This document shows, one piece after another, positions 11,176-18,914 of a DNA stretch of 64,000 bases. Made by a program: the position numbers and the translations under genes. The DNA comes from Longimicrobiales bacterium (GTDB lineage: Bacteria > Gemmatimonadota > Gemmatimonadetes > Longimicrobiales > Gaopeijiaceae). Where the stretch lies: NCBI GenBank assembly GCA_965219445.1, contig CBDCNQ010000004.1:1-64000 (forward strand), written 5' to 3'. Under the pieces are notes generated by a model, which was not told where the DNA came from, did not search any database, and saw nothing but the letters and a program-made list of their open reading frames with translations. The stretch's first letter is position 1. Each line of letters begins with the position of its first letter.

Positions 11176-12417
11176 TCATCCTGTGACCCTCGCTTCGATG
11201 CGGTCGATCGCGCCGCGGAAGGTGTCGGGTACGAGGTGCGCGTAGACCTGCTCGACGACCTGCGTGGTGTCACCGAGCAGGCGTGCTACGACGGTGAGGC
11301 TCACGCCGTCCTGCGCGAGCCACGATGCGAAGGTATGGCGTCCTGAGTGCAGCGTGAGGCCATCGCCCTGGGCGCCATACTTGATGCCCGCCCGCCGGAA
11401 CGCTTCTCGCACCCAGGTCGTGATGGTCACGGCGCCTATCGGCTCGTCGCGGCCCGCGGTCCGGATCAGGTATCGTTCTCCTGCGTAGCCTCTTTGGATG
11501 TGGTTATCGATGATTGCGGCAAGGCTCGGCGCGAGCGGTACGTCGCGCTCGCCGCGGCTCGTCTTCGGTCTCCAGGGCCAACGTCCCGCCCTGGACTGCA
11601 CGCGCAGAAGCGGGTAGTCGCCGTCGAGTGCCACGTCGGTCTCGGGCCTGAGATGGATGATCTCGCCCCTTCTGAGCCCGGCGAGGAACGCGAGGGCGAC
11701 GATGGCGCGCACGGGCGAGCCGGTCGTGGCCCGGTCGAGCTGCCGCCACTCCTCGGGCGTGAGGAACGAAAAGCGTGTGCGCCGCACCTCGGGCGTCTCG
11801 ACCTTCTTCCAGGGGTTCGAACGGACCAGTAGCTGCACGCCCTGCCGTTCAAACGCTTCGGCCTCCTCGGCCATGACCATGCTCCAGAGCGCGCCGCACA
11901 CGATCCGGCAGCCCTGCTGCGTGGCGGGCGCCCATGCGCCCCGGCCGTCGCGCTTGGCATGCAGGTACTCGCGCGCGTCGGAGACGGTGAGCTCTTCCAT
12001 GGGGAAGTCCACGCCGAGCTCGCCCGTGAGCGCTTCGAGATAGCCCCGGTACTTGTCACAGGTGCGCCGGCTTCGGGTAGCCTCCTTCATCCTCATGAAC
12101 CTCTGCATGGCGGGCCCGAGCCGTGGCGAGTCGGAGCCCATGCGCCTGAGCTTGGTGGCGTCGCCGTCCCTGAGCGCGGCCTGCGCGTCGGTGATGTGCA
12201 TGTCGCCCCTGCGGATCGCTTCGAGCACGCCCCAGTCGCCTCGGTCCATGAGCTGCACCAGCACCGCGTGCCGCTCGTATGCGACATCGGGATCGTCCGT
12301 CCTGAGCGCGACGGCCAGGCGTCCGCCACGGAAGCGCGGATGCCGGCGGTCGAAGTAAGCGCGCCCAGCGCGCCACATGAGACCCTTCGGGGCCCGCTTA
12401 CGCCGTCTGGGGCTCAC
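11176..12417 (-). CDS. int: Tyrosine integrase
   Basis: GLRRGE, HSGRH and YAH catalytic motifs; adjacent to attL. Confidence 0.93.
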   Translation of the reverse strand: MSPRRRKRAPKGLMWRAGRAYFDRRHPRFRGGRLAVALRTDDPDVAYERHAVLVQLMDRGDWGVLEAIRRGDMHITDAQAALRDGDATKLRRMGSDSPRLGPAMQRFMRMKEATRSRRTCDKYRGYLEALTGELGVDFPMEELTVSDAREYLHAKRDGRGAWAPATQQGCRIVCGALWSMVMAEEAEAFERQGVQLLVRSNPWKKVETPEVRRTRFSFLTPEEWRQLDRATTGSPVRAIVALAFLAGLRRGEIIHLRPETDVALDGDYPLLRVQSRAGRWPWRPKTSRGERDVPLAPSLAAIIDNHIQRGYAGERYLIRTAGRDEPIGAVTITTWVREAFRRAGIKYGAQGDGLTLHSGRHTFASWLAQDGVSLTVVARLLGDTTQVVEQVYAHLVPDTFRGAIDRIEARVTG

Positions 12418-12673
12418 CGTGCCGCTCTTCTTTCAGTTTCTGGAGGTACCGTTCTTCGGACTCGCGCATGAACCGCCCGAGCTCCTCGGACGAGATCCGG
12501 TAGTTGACTTTCGTCGACCGCGAGATGTTCACGACGCCCGAGGGTCCGAGGTGTCCGCCCTTGATCAGGAGCCGGACCTGCTCTCGGGACACACCGAGCC
12601 GTCCGGCGACCTGTCTGGTACTGAGCCAGTTGTACTCGGCCTCGTACTGCTCCGGGGTTTTCGTTCTGCTCAC
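12398..12673 (-). CDS. Excisionase-like HTH protein
   Basis: WLSTRQVAGRLGVSREQVRLLIKGGHL...YRISSEEL; overlaps the int start. Confidence 0.8.
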   Translation of the reverse strand: MSRTKTPEQYEAEYNWLSTRQVAGRLGVSREQVRLLIKGGHLGPSGVVNISRSTKVNYRISSEELGRFMRESEERYLQKLKEERHGEPQTA

Positions 12674-12674
12674 G

Positions 12675-13508
12675 TCACCACGCCTCTGCGGCTTCAGTAG
12701 CCCAGGGAGTCGGGCACACGACCCGCTCCTCCGCGCCCCGCTCCACCATCCGCCGGAACAGAAGGACCGCGCTGTCTTGCAGTGCGCGTTTCGTGGGCTC
12801 CAGCGGGGCCCCGGCAGAGGCCCCGGCAGCGGCCCAGGCAGCGGCCCAGGCAGCATCCCAGGCAGCGGCCCAGGCAGCATCCCAGGCAGCGGCCCAGGCA
12901 GCATCCCAGGCAGCGGCCCTGGCAGCATCCCAGGCAGCGGCCCTGGCAGCGGCCCTGGCAGCGTCCCTGGCAGCGGCCCCGGCGGCGTCCCTGGCAGCGG
13001 CCCCGGCGGCGGCCCCGGCAGCGGCCCTGGCAGCGGCCCAGGCAGCGGCCGCCGACTTGCGGGCGGCATCCAACATCTCCTGCGCACCCCTGAGCGTAGC
13101 TGCGTCCGCGATCTCGGGGAGCGACTGCAAGCCGTCGGCCTCCGTGTCCAGCCGAGCCAGCCGAAGCCATGCGGGCGTATAGGTACGGACGATCCAATCC
13201 ATCGCCATGAAGCCGCGAGCGTCGGCGTGGCCATCGCTCGCCGTGCCGACGAGCGCCGGAATGAGTGGCTTCAGCCGTTGCCGCCGCTCGACGTCCAGAC
13301 AGTCGTTGAGGCCGCGCCCGAACGCACCGAGCACCGGGCAGACGCAATTCGGTTTATCGCTGTGCGGCTCGCGCGCCAGCCATGCGACGGCCTCCATGAG
13401 GCACACGCCTTCGTCCGGGCTCTGGTGCGATCCATTTTCCAGCCTCAAGCGCCCGAACTCCTCCGCACTCCGCCAGAACCACGGTTCGTTACGTGTCTCT
13501 CTCATCAT
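12675..13508 (-). CDS. Phage hypothetical protein with AAAW/DAAW repeats
   Basis: AAGGAG RBS; CLMEAVAW...CVCPVL N-terminal domain; Ala-rich tetrapeptide repeats. Confidence 0.75.
   Translation of the reverse strand: MMRETRNEPWFWRSAEEFGRLRLENGSHQSPDEGVCLMEAVAWLAREPHSDKPNCVCPVLGAFGRGLNDCLDVERRQRLKPLIPALVGTASDGHADARGFMAMDWIVRTYTPAWLRLARLDTEADGLQSLPEIADAATLRGAQEMLDAARKSAAAAWAAARAAAGAAAGAAARDAAGAAARDAARAAARAAAWDAARAAAWDAAWAAAWDAAWAAAWDAAWAAAWAAAGASAGAPLEPTKRALQDSAVLLFRRMVERGAEERVVCPTPWATEAAEAW
12813..13050. repeat. 12-bp tandem repeat (~19-20 units, GGCAGCGGCCCA variants)
   Basis: Seen directly; encodes the Ala-rich tetrapeptides on the minus strand. Confidence 0.9.
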
Positions 13509-13557
13509 TACACTCCTTTGTTGTGCGGTCCGCCCCCACCTGCGAGCCCGAGCCAAT

Positions 13558-13809
13558 TCATCTGTCTATGTTCTCCGCCACGGCCCCAGAGCCGCCCACG
13601 CGCAGCGCATCGATAAGCTCGCGCCGCTTCGATTCGATGCCGTCGAGCCGCGAGAGCGAGGTATCCACACACGTTTGAGCGAGGTCGCGGAACCCCACCG
13701 CGCTTTCGGCCAGCTGTGCGTTGTGCACCTCGGCCCTCCACCAGCCGACGGCCGTGAAGAGCAGACCCGAGAGCAGCAACCACCGTTTCAGCGCTTCGAC
13801 GTCGATCAC
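13558..13809 (-). CDS. Small phage membrane-anchored protein
   Basis: GGAGG plus GTG start, single TM, coupled to neighbouring genes. Confidence 0.55.
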   Translation of the reverse strand: MIDVEALKRWLLLSGLLFTAVGWWRAEVHNAQLAESAVGFRDLAQTCVDTSLSRLDGIESKRRELIDALRVGGSGAVAENIDR

Positions 13810-13924
13810 TGCGCCTCCTGGGTCTCGGACTCTTCGTCTTCCTCGCTGCCCTCGGCCCACGCGAGCCCGGCGAGCAGCGCAAGGCACAGCACCACCACGG
13901 TGAGCGCTATCCACTGGGCGGCGG

Positions 13925-14275
13925 TCATTGGCCTGTCCTCACGACCCAGACGGCGCACCGACGTCCGGTATGAAGTGAGGTTCTACGGCGCCCGGAGTCG
14001 CGGATCATTCCGAGCTTCACGAGCTCGTTACGTCGAGCGCATACGCTCTGGCGCAGCATCGGCAGGCCGCCTTCGATCTCCGCGTCGGTGGCCCCAGCGT
14101 CGCCCCGTGCCAGGATGTAGCCATAGACCTCGGCCCGCTTGGTCGGCGCGCCCCGAGCTACGCTCCGTGCCGCCTCGCGCGACGTGTCGGAGCCCTTCTG
14201 GTGCGGGGGCAGCCCTCCGTAGGGCTGCTGCTCATCGAGGAAAAGCGGCAGGCCCGTCAGTTCAGCCGGCCTCAC
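13925..14275 (-). CDS. Phage winged-HTH protein
   Basis: GATDAEIE...QSVCARRNELVKLGMIRDSG pattern. Confidence 0.7.
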   Translation of the reverse strand: MRPAELTGLPLFLDEQQPYGGLPPHQKGSDTSREAARSVARGAPTKRAEVYGYILARGDAGATDAEIEGGLPMLRQSVCARRNELVKLGMIRDSGRRRTSLHTGRRCAVWVVRTGQ

Positions 14276-15405
14276 ACCGGCCTCGGGATGGAGTGTTCCA
14301 CCCGCAGAGGTGATACCACAAAGACCACCGAGTCACCGTCTACGGGTTCGATGCGTATCGGCCTAGTGGCTTCGCTCAATTTTTCGCTCAATCTCAGGAT
14401 CATGCGTCCACTGACACTGCGCGCGATCTGGCGCAGATACGCAGCGTTGACAACGAACGTGATGTCTCCCTGAACGTCGGCGGCGAGCGCCTCCTCGTAT
14501 CCGCCCCGGTCTGTGGAGTCCGAGCGGAAGAGCGCTCTGCCGTCGTAGAGATCGACCTGAAGCCGGAAGAAATCCCCGCGCATGACGGAAACAGCCAGCT
14601 CACAGACCCTGGCAACGGATGTCGCTTCCAGTTCGGCGCTGACCGCGCAATCGGCGGCGTCAGGGATCACACGATCGAGGTCGGGATACTTCCCTTCCTT
14701 TTGCGATACCCGAAGCGTCTCGTGCCCAGCGGCGAACTCGGCCCAGCGGCGGTCCCAGCGAAAGCGCACGTCCTCTTCGGTGCGCTTGGCCATGGCCGCC
14801 AGGAGCCGCACGTCCTGGCGCGTGATCAACACAGACAGGCCAACGGGCACCTCGATCCGTGAGTCGTACCGGCCGAGCACATGGCCGCTCGTGGCTTCGA
14901 CTGTGAGGTGCCCTTCGCGCTCCCGAAAATGCACACAGGCGAGGTGCGGGCGGGCGATGTCCTCGGTGGAGGCGGCCCAGGCCGTCGCGGCCAGGGCGTC
15001 TCGCATGACGGACGCCGGCACCTCCACCTCTCCCGCCGACTCGATGTCCCCGAACAGAGGCCAGTCGCTAACCGATAGCGTGGGCAGGGTCACCAAAGCG
15101 GAACCGCCGCGCGCCGTGCGTGGCCCTTCACCGTTTCCAGACAACTCGATCATCTCGCCGGATGCGTGCTCGGCGAGCGCCAACAGGCCGTCCGCCCGGA
15201 TCAACGTCCGGCCTTCCTCGCACACGTCGCACTCGACGCGCACAGAGCTCCAACGCTGCAGGTCCGTGGCCTGGAGCTCCAACCCGTCCTCGCGGGCCTG
15301 GGCGTGGATCATGTCCAGCACCGGCAAGATGCTGCGGGACGCCTGAACCTTGGAGACGGTGGCCAGTGCAGCGCGTAGCGCCTTGGCTTCGACGGTTGCT
15401 TTCAC
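14272..15405 (-). CDS. Phage-encoded DNA polymerase III beta-clamp homologue
   Basis: 377 aa; ILPVL..LQATDL, ATSGHVL and EGKYPD motifs and C-terminal VVSPLR resemble DnaN. Confidence 0.85.
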   Translation of the reverse strand: MKATVEAKALRAALATVSKVQASRSILPVLDMIHAQAREDGLELQATDLQRWSSVRVECDVCEEGRTLIRADGLLALAEHASGEMIELSGNGEGPRTARGGSALVTLPTLSVSDWPLFGDIESAGEVEVPASVMRDALAATAWAASTEDIARPHLACVHFREREGHLTVEATSGHVLGRYDSRIEVPVGLSVLITRQDVRLLAAMAKRTEEDVRFRWDRRWAEFAAGHETLRVSQKEGKYPDLDRVIPDAADCAVSAELEATSVARVCELAVSVMRGDFFRLQVDLYDGRALFRSDSTDRGGYEEALAADVQGDITFVVNAAYLRQIARSVSGRMILRLSEKLSEATRPIRIEPVDGDSVVFVVSPLRVEHSIPRPV

Positions 15406-15665
15406 GTGGCTAGCTCCTCTTCGTGGATCGCCAGCGCCAGGCGTTCCAGCTTGGCGAGGTCGATGGCCATACTCTCGATGTCAGCGCCCAGCCGGAACCG
15501 CTTGTCCTCGTCATTCGCCCTGCGTCTTTTGGCCTCAAGCCGAGCAATTGTGCTCCGATACGAACGCAGCTCGCCGAACACCCGCGCTCGCCCCTCGCCG
15601 GGCGGCGGGATCTTGGGCTCCGCGCCCGTGCCAGCCTGTGTCTCCGTGGACGACTCCTCGCTCAT
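15402..15665 (-). CDS. Phage hypothetical protein
   Basis: Overlapping-start ORF within the operon. Confidence 0.5.
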   Translation of the reverse strand: MSEESSTETQAGTGAEPKIPPPGEGRARVFGELRSYRSTIARLEAKRRRANDEDKRFRLGADIESMAIDLAKLERLALAIHEEELAT

Positions 15666-15692
15666 CGCGCCGGGCCTTGAACGCCGCGGTTG

Positions 15693-16217
15693 TCAGAATG
15701 GCAAGGCATCGTCGGCAGTCGGAGAGGCGTCGGCGGAAGATGCTGCGGGAGCCGCAGACACCGCGGCCGCCGCGCGCAATAAGGACCCGAACCGGGTTTG
15801 CAGGTTGCCGACCTTTTCCTCGCTGGCTCCCTGCAGCTGCGGCTCATGGTCTTCCGGGTTCATCCAGGACGCCTTGAACCGGGTTTGCCCGTTGTACTCC
15901 TCGGGCTTGACGGATATTTGAACGATTCTGGTCGGCGGCGGACCCAGAACGCTCTGAAGGTCCCCGTTCCAGCCCAGCGACCGGGCCAGCTGATCGACAG
16001 CGCTGGTGTTGATCTGGCCGCCCTTTTTGACCACCCACCAGTTTCCAAAGCAGCGGTGCTCGTCATAGTCGGACCAGTTCGTCCATTCGTCGGCGCCGTT
16101 CCATTGGGCCCCGACCTGGAACTCACACGAGACGGCCACCGCTCCGCTGTCCGCGTCCCACACCTTCCAGCTCAACAAGTGCGCCTTGAACAGGCCCTCA
16201 CGGTCCAGGTTTCTCAT
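15693..16217 (-). CDS. Phage single-stranded DNA-binding protein (DUF669-like)
   Basis: Acidic C-terminal DDALPF tail; follows a Sak4-like ATPase. Confidence 0.7.
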   Translation of the reverse strand: MRNLDREGLFKAHLLSWKVWDADSGAVAVSCEFQVGAQWNGADEWTNWSDYDEHRCFGNWWVVKKGGQINTSAVDQLARSLGWNGDLQSVLGPPPTRIVQISVKPEEYNGQTRFKASWMNPEDHEPQLQGASEEKVGNLQTRFGSLLRAAAAVSAAPAASSADASPTADDALPF

Positions 16218-16700
16218 GCCTCACCTCCGAAGATCCGCCGCCAGATCGTGTCGTCGGTTGCGTGGCTAAACTGCGCCGGACCGGCGATCCGCCGCGATTT
16301 GGCGATATGGCTGGGCTGCTCGGCGGGCCAGATCGTGCGCGTCCCGCCACCGATGCCCTTGCCGTCTTCCGACACCACGTCATAGCCGAGAAACAGCACA
16401 TGGTCGGCCCACTGAACGACCCGGTTGCGGATCGACGCCTTGCCCGAGCGCGGCCGCTGTAGATGCGGCTCGTAGCGAATCCAGTCGTCTCCGGTCGGAT
16501 TCGGTACGCTCTCGATGCAGTCATGCGCGATCAGGACCACGTTGCGGCCCGCCCGCACTTGCCGGTCCAGGTCCGCGAGCAACAGCAGAAACGTGTCGTA
16601 GACGTGCTGGTAGCCTTTGCCGAATCCGTAGCCCTCGATGCTGGAGACCGTCGCCCCTTTCTCGTGCTTCACGGTTTCGAGCGTGTGGGCGATCGCAAGC
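16214..16700 (-). pseudogene. Sak4/AAA_24-like ATPase, 5'-truncated
   Basis: SIEGYGFGKGY, VVLIAH, WADHVLF and HIAKSR motifs. The Walker A half is missing and the frame stops at ~16702. Confidence 0.75.
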
Positions 16701-16770
16701 TAGTACTTTTTCGTGCAACGTTTCACCAGCCGCTATCCCCTCGAAGCGGTGAACAGGGAGAGGGTGCCCA

Positions 16771-17172
16771 ATGACCGCAGCAATCTCTAGCGCATCCTTA
16801 GCCGTCTACACCTTTCTTTTGCCTATAGCCCAAGTGAGTCTGGTAGTCGCGGTGCTGATCCTTGTCCCGATGGCATTTTTTCAGGGCACCAAGAAACCAG
16901 CGGGCGTGGGTCTTCTTTGGGCATCCTACCTCTTGGGAGCAACCACCTGGACCCTCGGCGCGGCAATCACTTTTAGCATCTATAGTTGGTTGGGTCTGGC
17001 GGTGGGGATGTTGTTTTTCGGGGTGGGAGTTGTGGCACTCGCTATCGTTGGAAGTGTCTTCGTGATTAAGTCCGCCAGCATGGCTATTTCGCTAATCGTT
17101 ATGGCCATTTTAGTGTGGGGTTTTCGTGCTTGGGGGGTTGCCCTGATGATAGCGCTCCCAGGCGGCGAATAA
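16771..17172 (+). CDS. 4-TM membrane protein (moron-like)
   Basis: RBS GGAGAGG; hydrophobic; lower GC; opposite strand to the other phage genes. Confidence 0.7.
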   Translation: MTAAISSASLAVYTFLLPIAQVSLVVAVLILVPMAFFQGTKKPAGVGLLWASYLLGATTWTLGAAITFSIYSWLGLAVGMLFFGVGVVALAIVGSVFVIKSASMAISLIVMAILVWGFRAWGVALMIALPGGE

Positions 17173-17381
17173 AGGGGGCACCGTGTCTGGGGTGTATTGG
17201 GGAGGCGTCATCATCGTTGGCGGTGCCGCTTTTCTTCGGCACCTGGATTTATGCAGCGATGACCTACGGGGTGTTTCTCGGCATCGGGCTCGGATGGATT
17301 CCGACCATCGTTGTCGGAGTGGTGGCGGGGCTGGTTTGGCCGCTTTTCGCTCTCGTTGCGGTAGCCCCCAGCGGACCATAG
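17115..17381 (+). CDS. Small membrane protein (start uncertain)
   Basis: Hydrophobic C-terminal ~55 aa. Confidence 0.45.
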   Translation: MGFSCLGGCPDDSAPRRRIKGAPCLGCIGEASSSLAVPLFFGTWIYAAMTYGVFLGIGLGWIPTIVVGVVAGLVWPLFALVAVAPSGP

Positions 17382-17450
17382 GGCGGGGCTCAAAAAAATG
17401 GCGACTATACACTTGACGACACCCATCACAGGGTGCAAAAAAATATAAGG

Positions 17451-17491
17451 AAATAAGAAAAGGGGCCGCGCCGTTTCTGACGTGACCCCTT
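17451..17491 (-). terminator. Rho-independent terminator of the antisense sRNA/tRNA unit
   Basis: GGGGTCACGTC-loop-GGCGCGGCCCC followed by TTTTCTTATTT on the minus strand. Confidence 0.75.
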
Positions 17492-17525
17492 CAGTGTGGC
17501 AGAACCACACTCTAACTTCGCAAGT
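17455..17525 (-). ncRNA. Putative anti-tRNA small RNA (~70 nt)
   Basis: Begins ACUUGCGAAGUUAGAGUGU, the perfect complement of the tRNA segment at 17623-17641; has its own promoter and terminator. Confidence 0.7.
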
Positions 17526-17531
17526 ACCTAT

Positions 17532-17560
17532 AGTATCGGCGGAAAGCTGCTCCTGGTCAA
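17532..17560 (-). promoter_or_regulatory. sigma70 promoter of the antisense sRNA
   Basis: TTGACC-17 bp-GATACT; predicted +1 at 17525, the first antisense base. Confidence 0.65.
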
Positions 17561-17576
17561 GTAAGAATGCCAGCCG

Positions 17577-17663
17577 TGGTGCCCGGGGCGGGATTCGAAC
17601 CCGCACGACCCGAAGGCCACTAACTTGCGAAGTTAGAGTGTCTACCAGTTCCACCACCCGGGC
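17577..17663 (-). tRNA. tRNA with Leu-type body and Ala anticodon CGC (predicted mistranslating tRNA)
   Basis: GCCCGGG TG GTGGAACTGGTAGACAC T CTAAC-TTCGCAA-GTTAG TGGCCTTCGGGTCGT GCGGG-TTCGAAT-CCCGC CCCGGGC A CCA. All stems pair; long variable arm, A73, no G3:U70. Confidence 0.9.
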
Positions 17664-17739
17664 ACCTAAACAAAGCGGGCGTCGTCGTCGTCGACACAAC
17701 TCGCAAGCTATTCAGTCCGCGATGATGGCTGACCTATTG

Positions 17740-17768
17740 AGGCTAGATAAACCTGGGCTTGGGGTCAA
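17740..17768 (-). promoter_or_regulatory. sigma70 promoter of the tRNA
   Basis: TTGACC-17 bp-TAGCCT, giving a ~70-nt leader. Confidence 0.6.
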
Positions 17769-17775
17769 CCGACAT

Positions 17776-18459
17776 CTAGCGCACCACCCACACCACCGCG
17801 ACACCTGTACCGAGACCTCTCATGAAGCTCCCGACGTGCCCGAAGAAGCCGCTAGGCAGCGCGTCCCGGAGGAACCCGATCTCCTCTTCGTAGAGCCGGT
17901 TCGACTCGGCGAGGATGGCTTTCTCGGCTCGCTCGGTCGCCAGATTCCGTTCCAGCAAGACGATGGCGAACGAGTCTGCTTGATGGAGGGCCGTAGCCCC
18001 GAGTAGCTGTTCCCGGAACGCTTCGCGGACGCTCTGCTCCGCTGCCTGCTCCTCCCGGTGCTGCGCCTGAGCGATCTCGACCAACGGACGGAGCTCGGGA
18101 CGTACGACGGCATAGAGGCTGTCGTGGGTCGCGTCGAGGTCGGTGCCTGCCTGAGCGGCGCGCTCGGAGGCATCGGTCTCCTGTTGCTCGGCTTGCGCGA
18201 TCATCTCACGGGCCTGGACGCGCTCGATTCGTAGAGAATCCCGCACCTGTTCGAGCTCAAGCGAATCGGCACGGGTGCGCGCACTCGCGTCACGGAGTTG
18301 CACCTGGAGCTGTGCCTGATCTTCGGCCCGGTCGTCAGCAAGCGCTTTCGCCACGGCGAGATCGGACAGCGCGCCTTGGAGCCACCAGCCGAGGACGCCG
18401 AGCGCTACGATCATGATGAGCTCGCCGGGCAGACGAACGCGGGTGAGCCAGTCGTTCAT
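17776..18459 (-). CDS. Rz/i-spanin-like coiled-coil membrane protein
   Basis: N-terminal TM and long coiled coil; end of the lysis cassette. Confidence 0.55.
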   Translation of the reverse strand: MNDWLTRVRLPGELIMIVALGVLGWWLQGALSDLAVAKALADDRAEDQAQLQVQLRDASARTRADSLELEQVRDSLRIERVQAREMIAQAEQQETDASERAAQAGTDLDATHDSLYAVVRPELRPLVEIAQAQHREEQAAEQSVREAFREQLLGATALHQADSFAIVLLERNLATERAEKAILAESNRLYEEEIGFLRDALPSGFFGHVGSFMRGLGTGVAVVWVVR

Positions 18460-18914
18460 CGCGGCGCCAACGGTATTGGCCTGATCTCGCACTCTGCGAA
18501 GCGGGGGTCGTCATGATCACCACCACCGAGCAAATCGTGGATCGCTTCGTGGCTTACCACGACAGGGTCATTCACCGTGCGCCGGTCGAGCAGGATCTCG
18601 CGGGGCAGGGGAGCGGCCCAGCCTCCGAATTTTCGGCCTAGCGTCTCTACGTCGAGCAAAAAGTCCACGACCGACCAATTAATCGCGAAGAAGTCGCCTT
18701 CCAGACCCGTACACTCCTCCATCAGCGAATAGATGTAGGCGTGCATCGTGGTCGGATAGAACTGGATCCTGTTCCAGTAGCGCACCTCGGTCCAGCCCGT
18801 TTCGGTCGACGCCGAGGGGGGCGCCACGCGCAGCACGGGGGACGGCAGAGCAGATCCCGTGCAAGCAGCGAGCATGGACAGCGCGAGTCCGACGCAGAGG
18901 ATGCGCCGGATCAT
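18456..18914 (-). CDS. Phage lipoprotein with HExxH motif
   Basis: Lipobox LAAC; HEAIH. Confidence 0.6.
   Translation of the reverse strand: MIRRILCVGLALSMLAACTGSALPSPVLRVAPPSASTETGWTEVRYWNRIQFYPTTMHAYIYSLMEECTGLEGDFFAINWSVVDFLLDVETLGRKFGGWAAPLPREILLDRRTVNDPVVVSHEAIHDLLGGGDHDDPRFAECEIRPIPLAPR

Noticed and set aside
12813..13050. CRISPR array, DGR template, or GCG-codon avoidance as immunity to the tRNA
   Set aside because: No spacers, cas or reverse transcriptase genes. The repeat uses GCC/GCT but descends from one unit, and other prophage genes use GCG freely.
17577..17663. Ordinary tRNA-Ala, tRNA-Leu(CAA), or an integration-site remnant
   Set aside because: There is no G3:U70 and it has a long variable arm. 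CAA occupies loop positions 36-38, not 34-36. The nearby repeat is inverted and covers the anticodon arm, not a direct 3'-end duplication.
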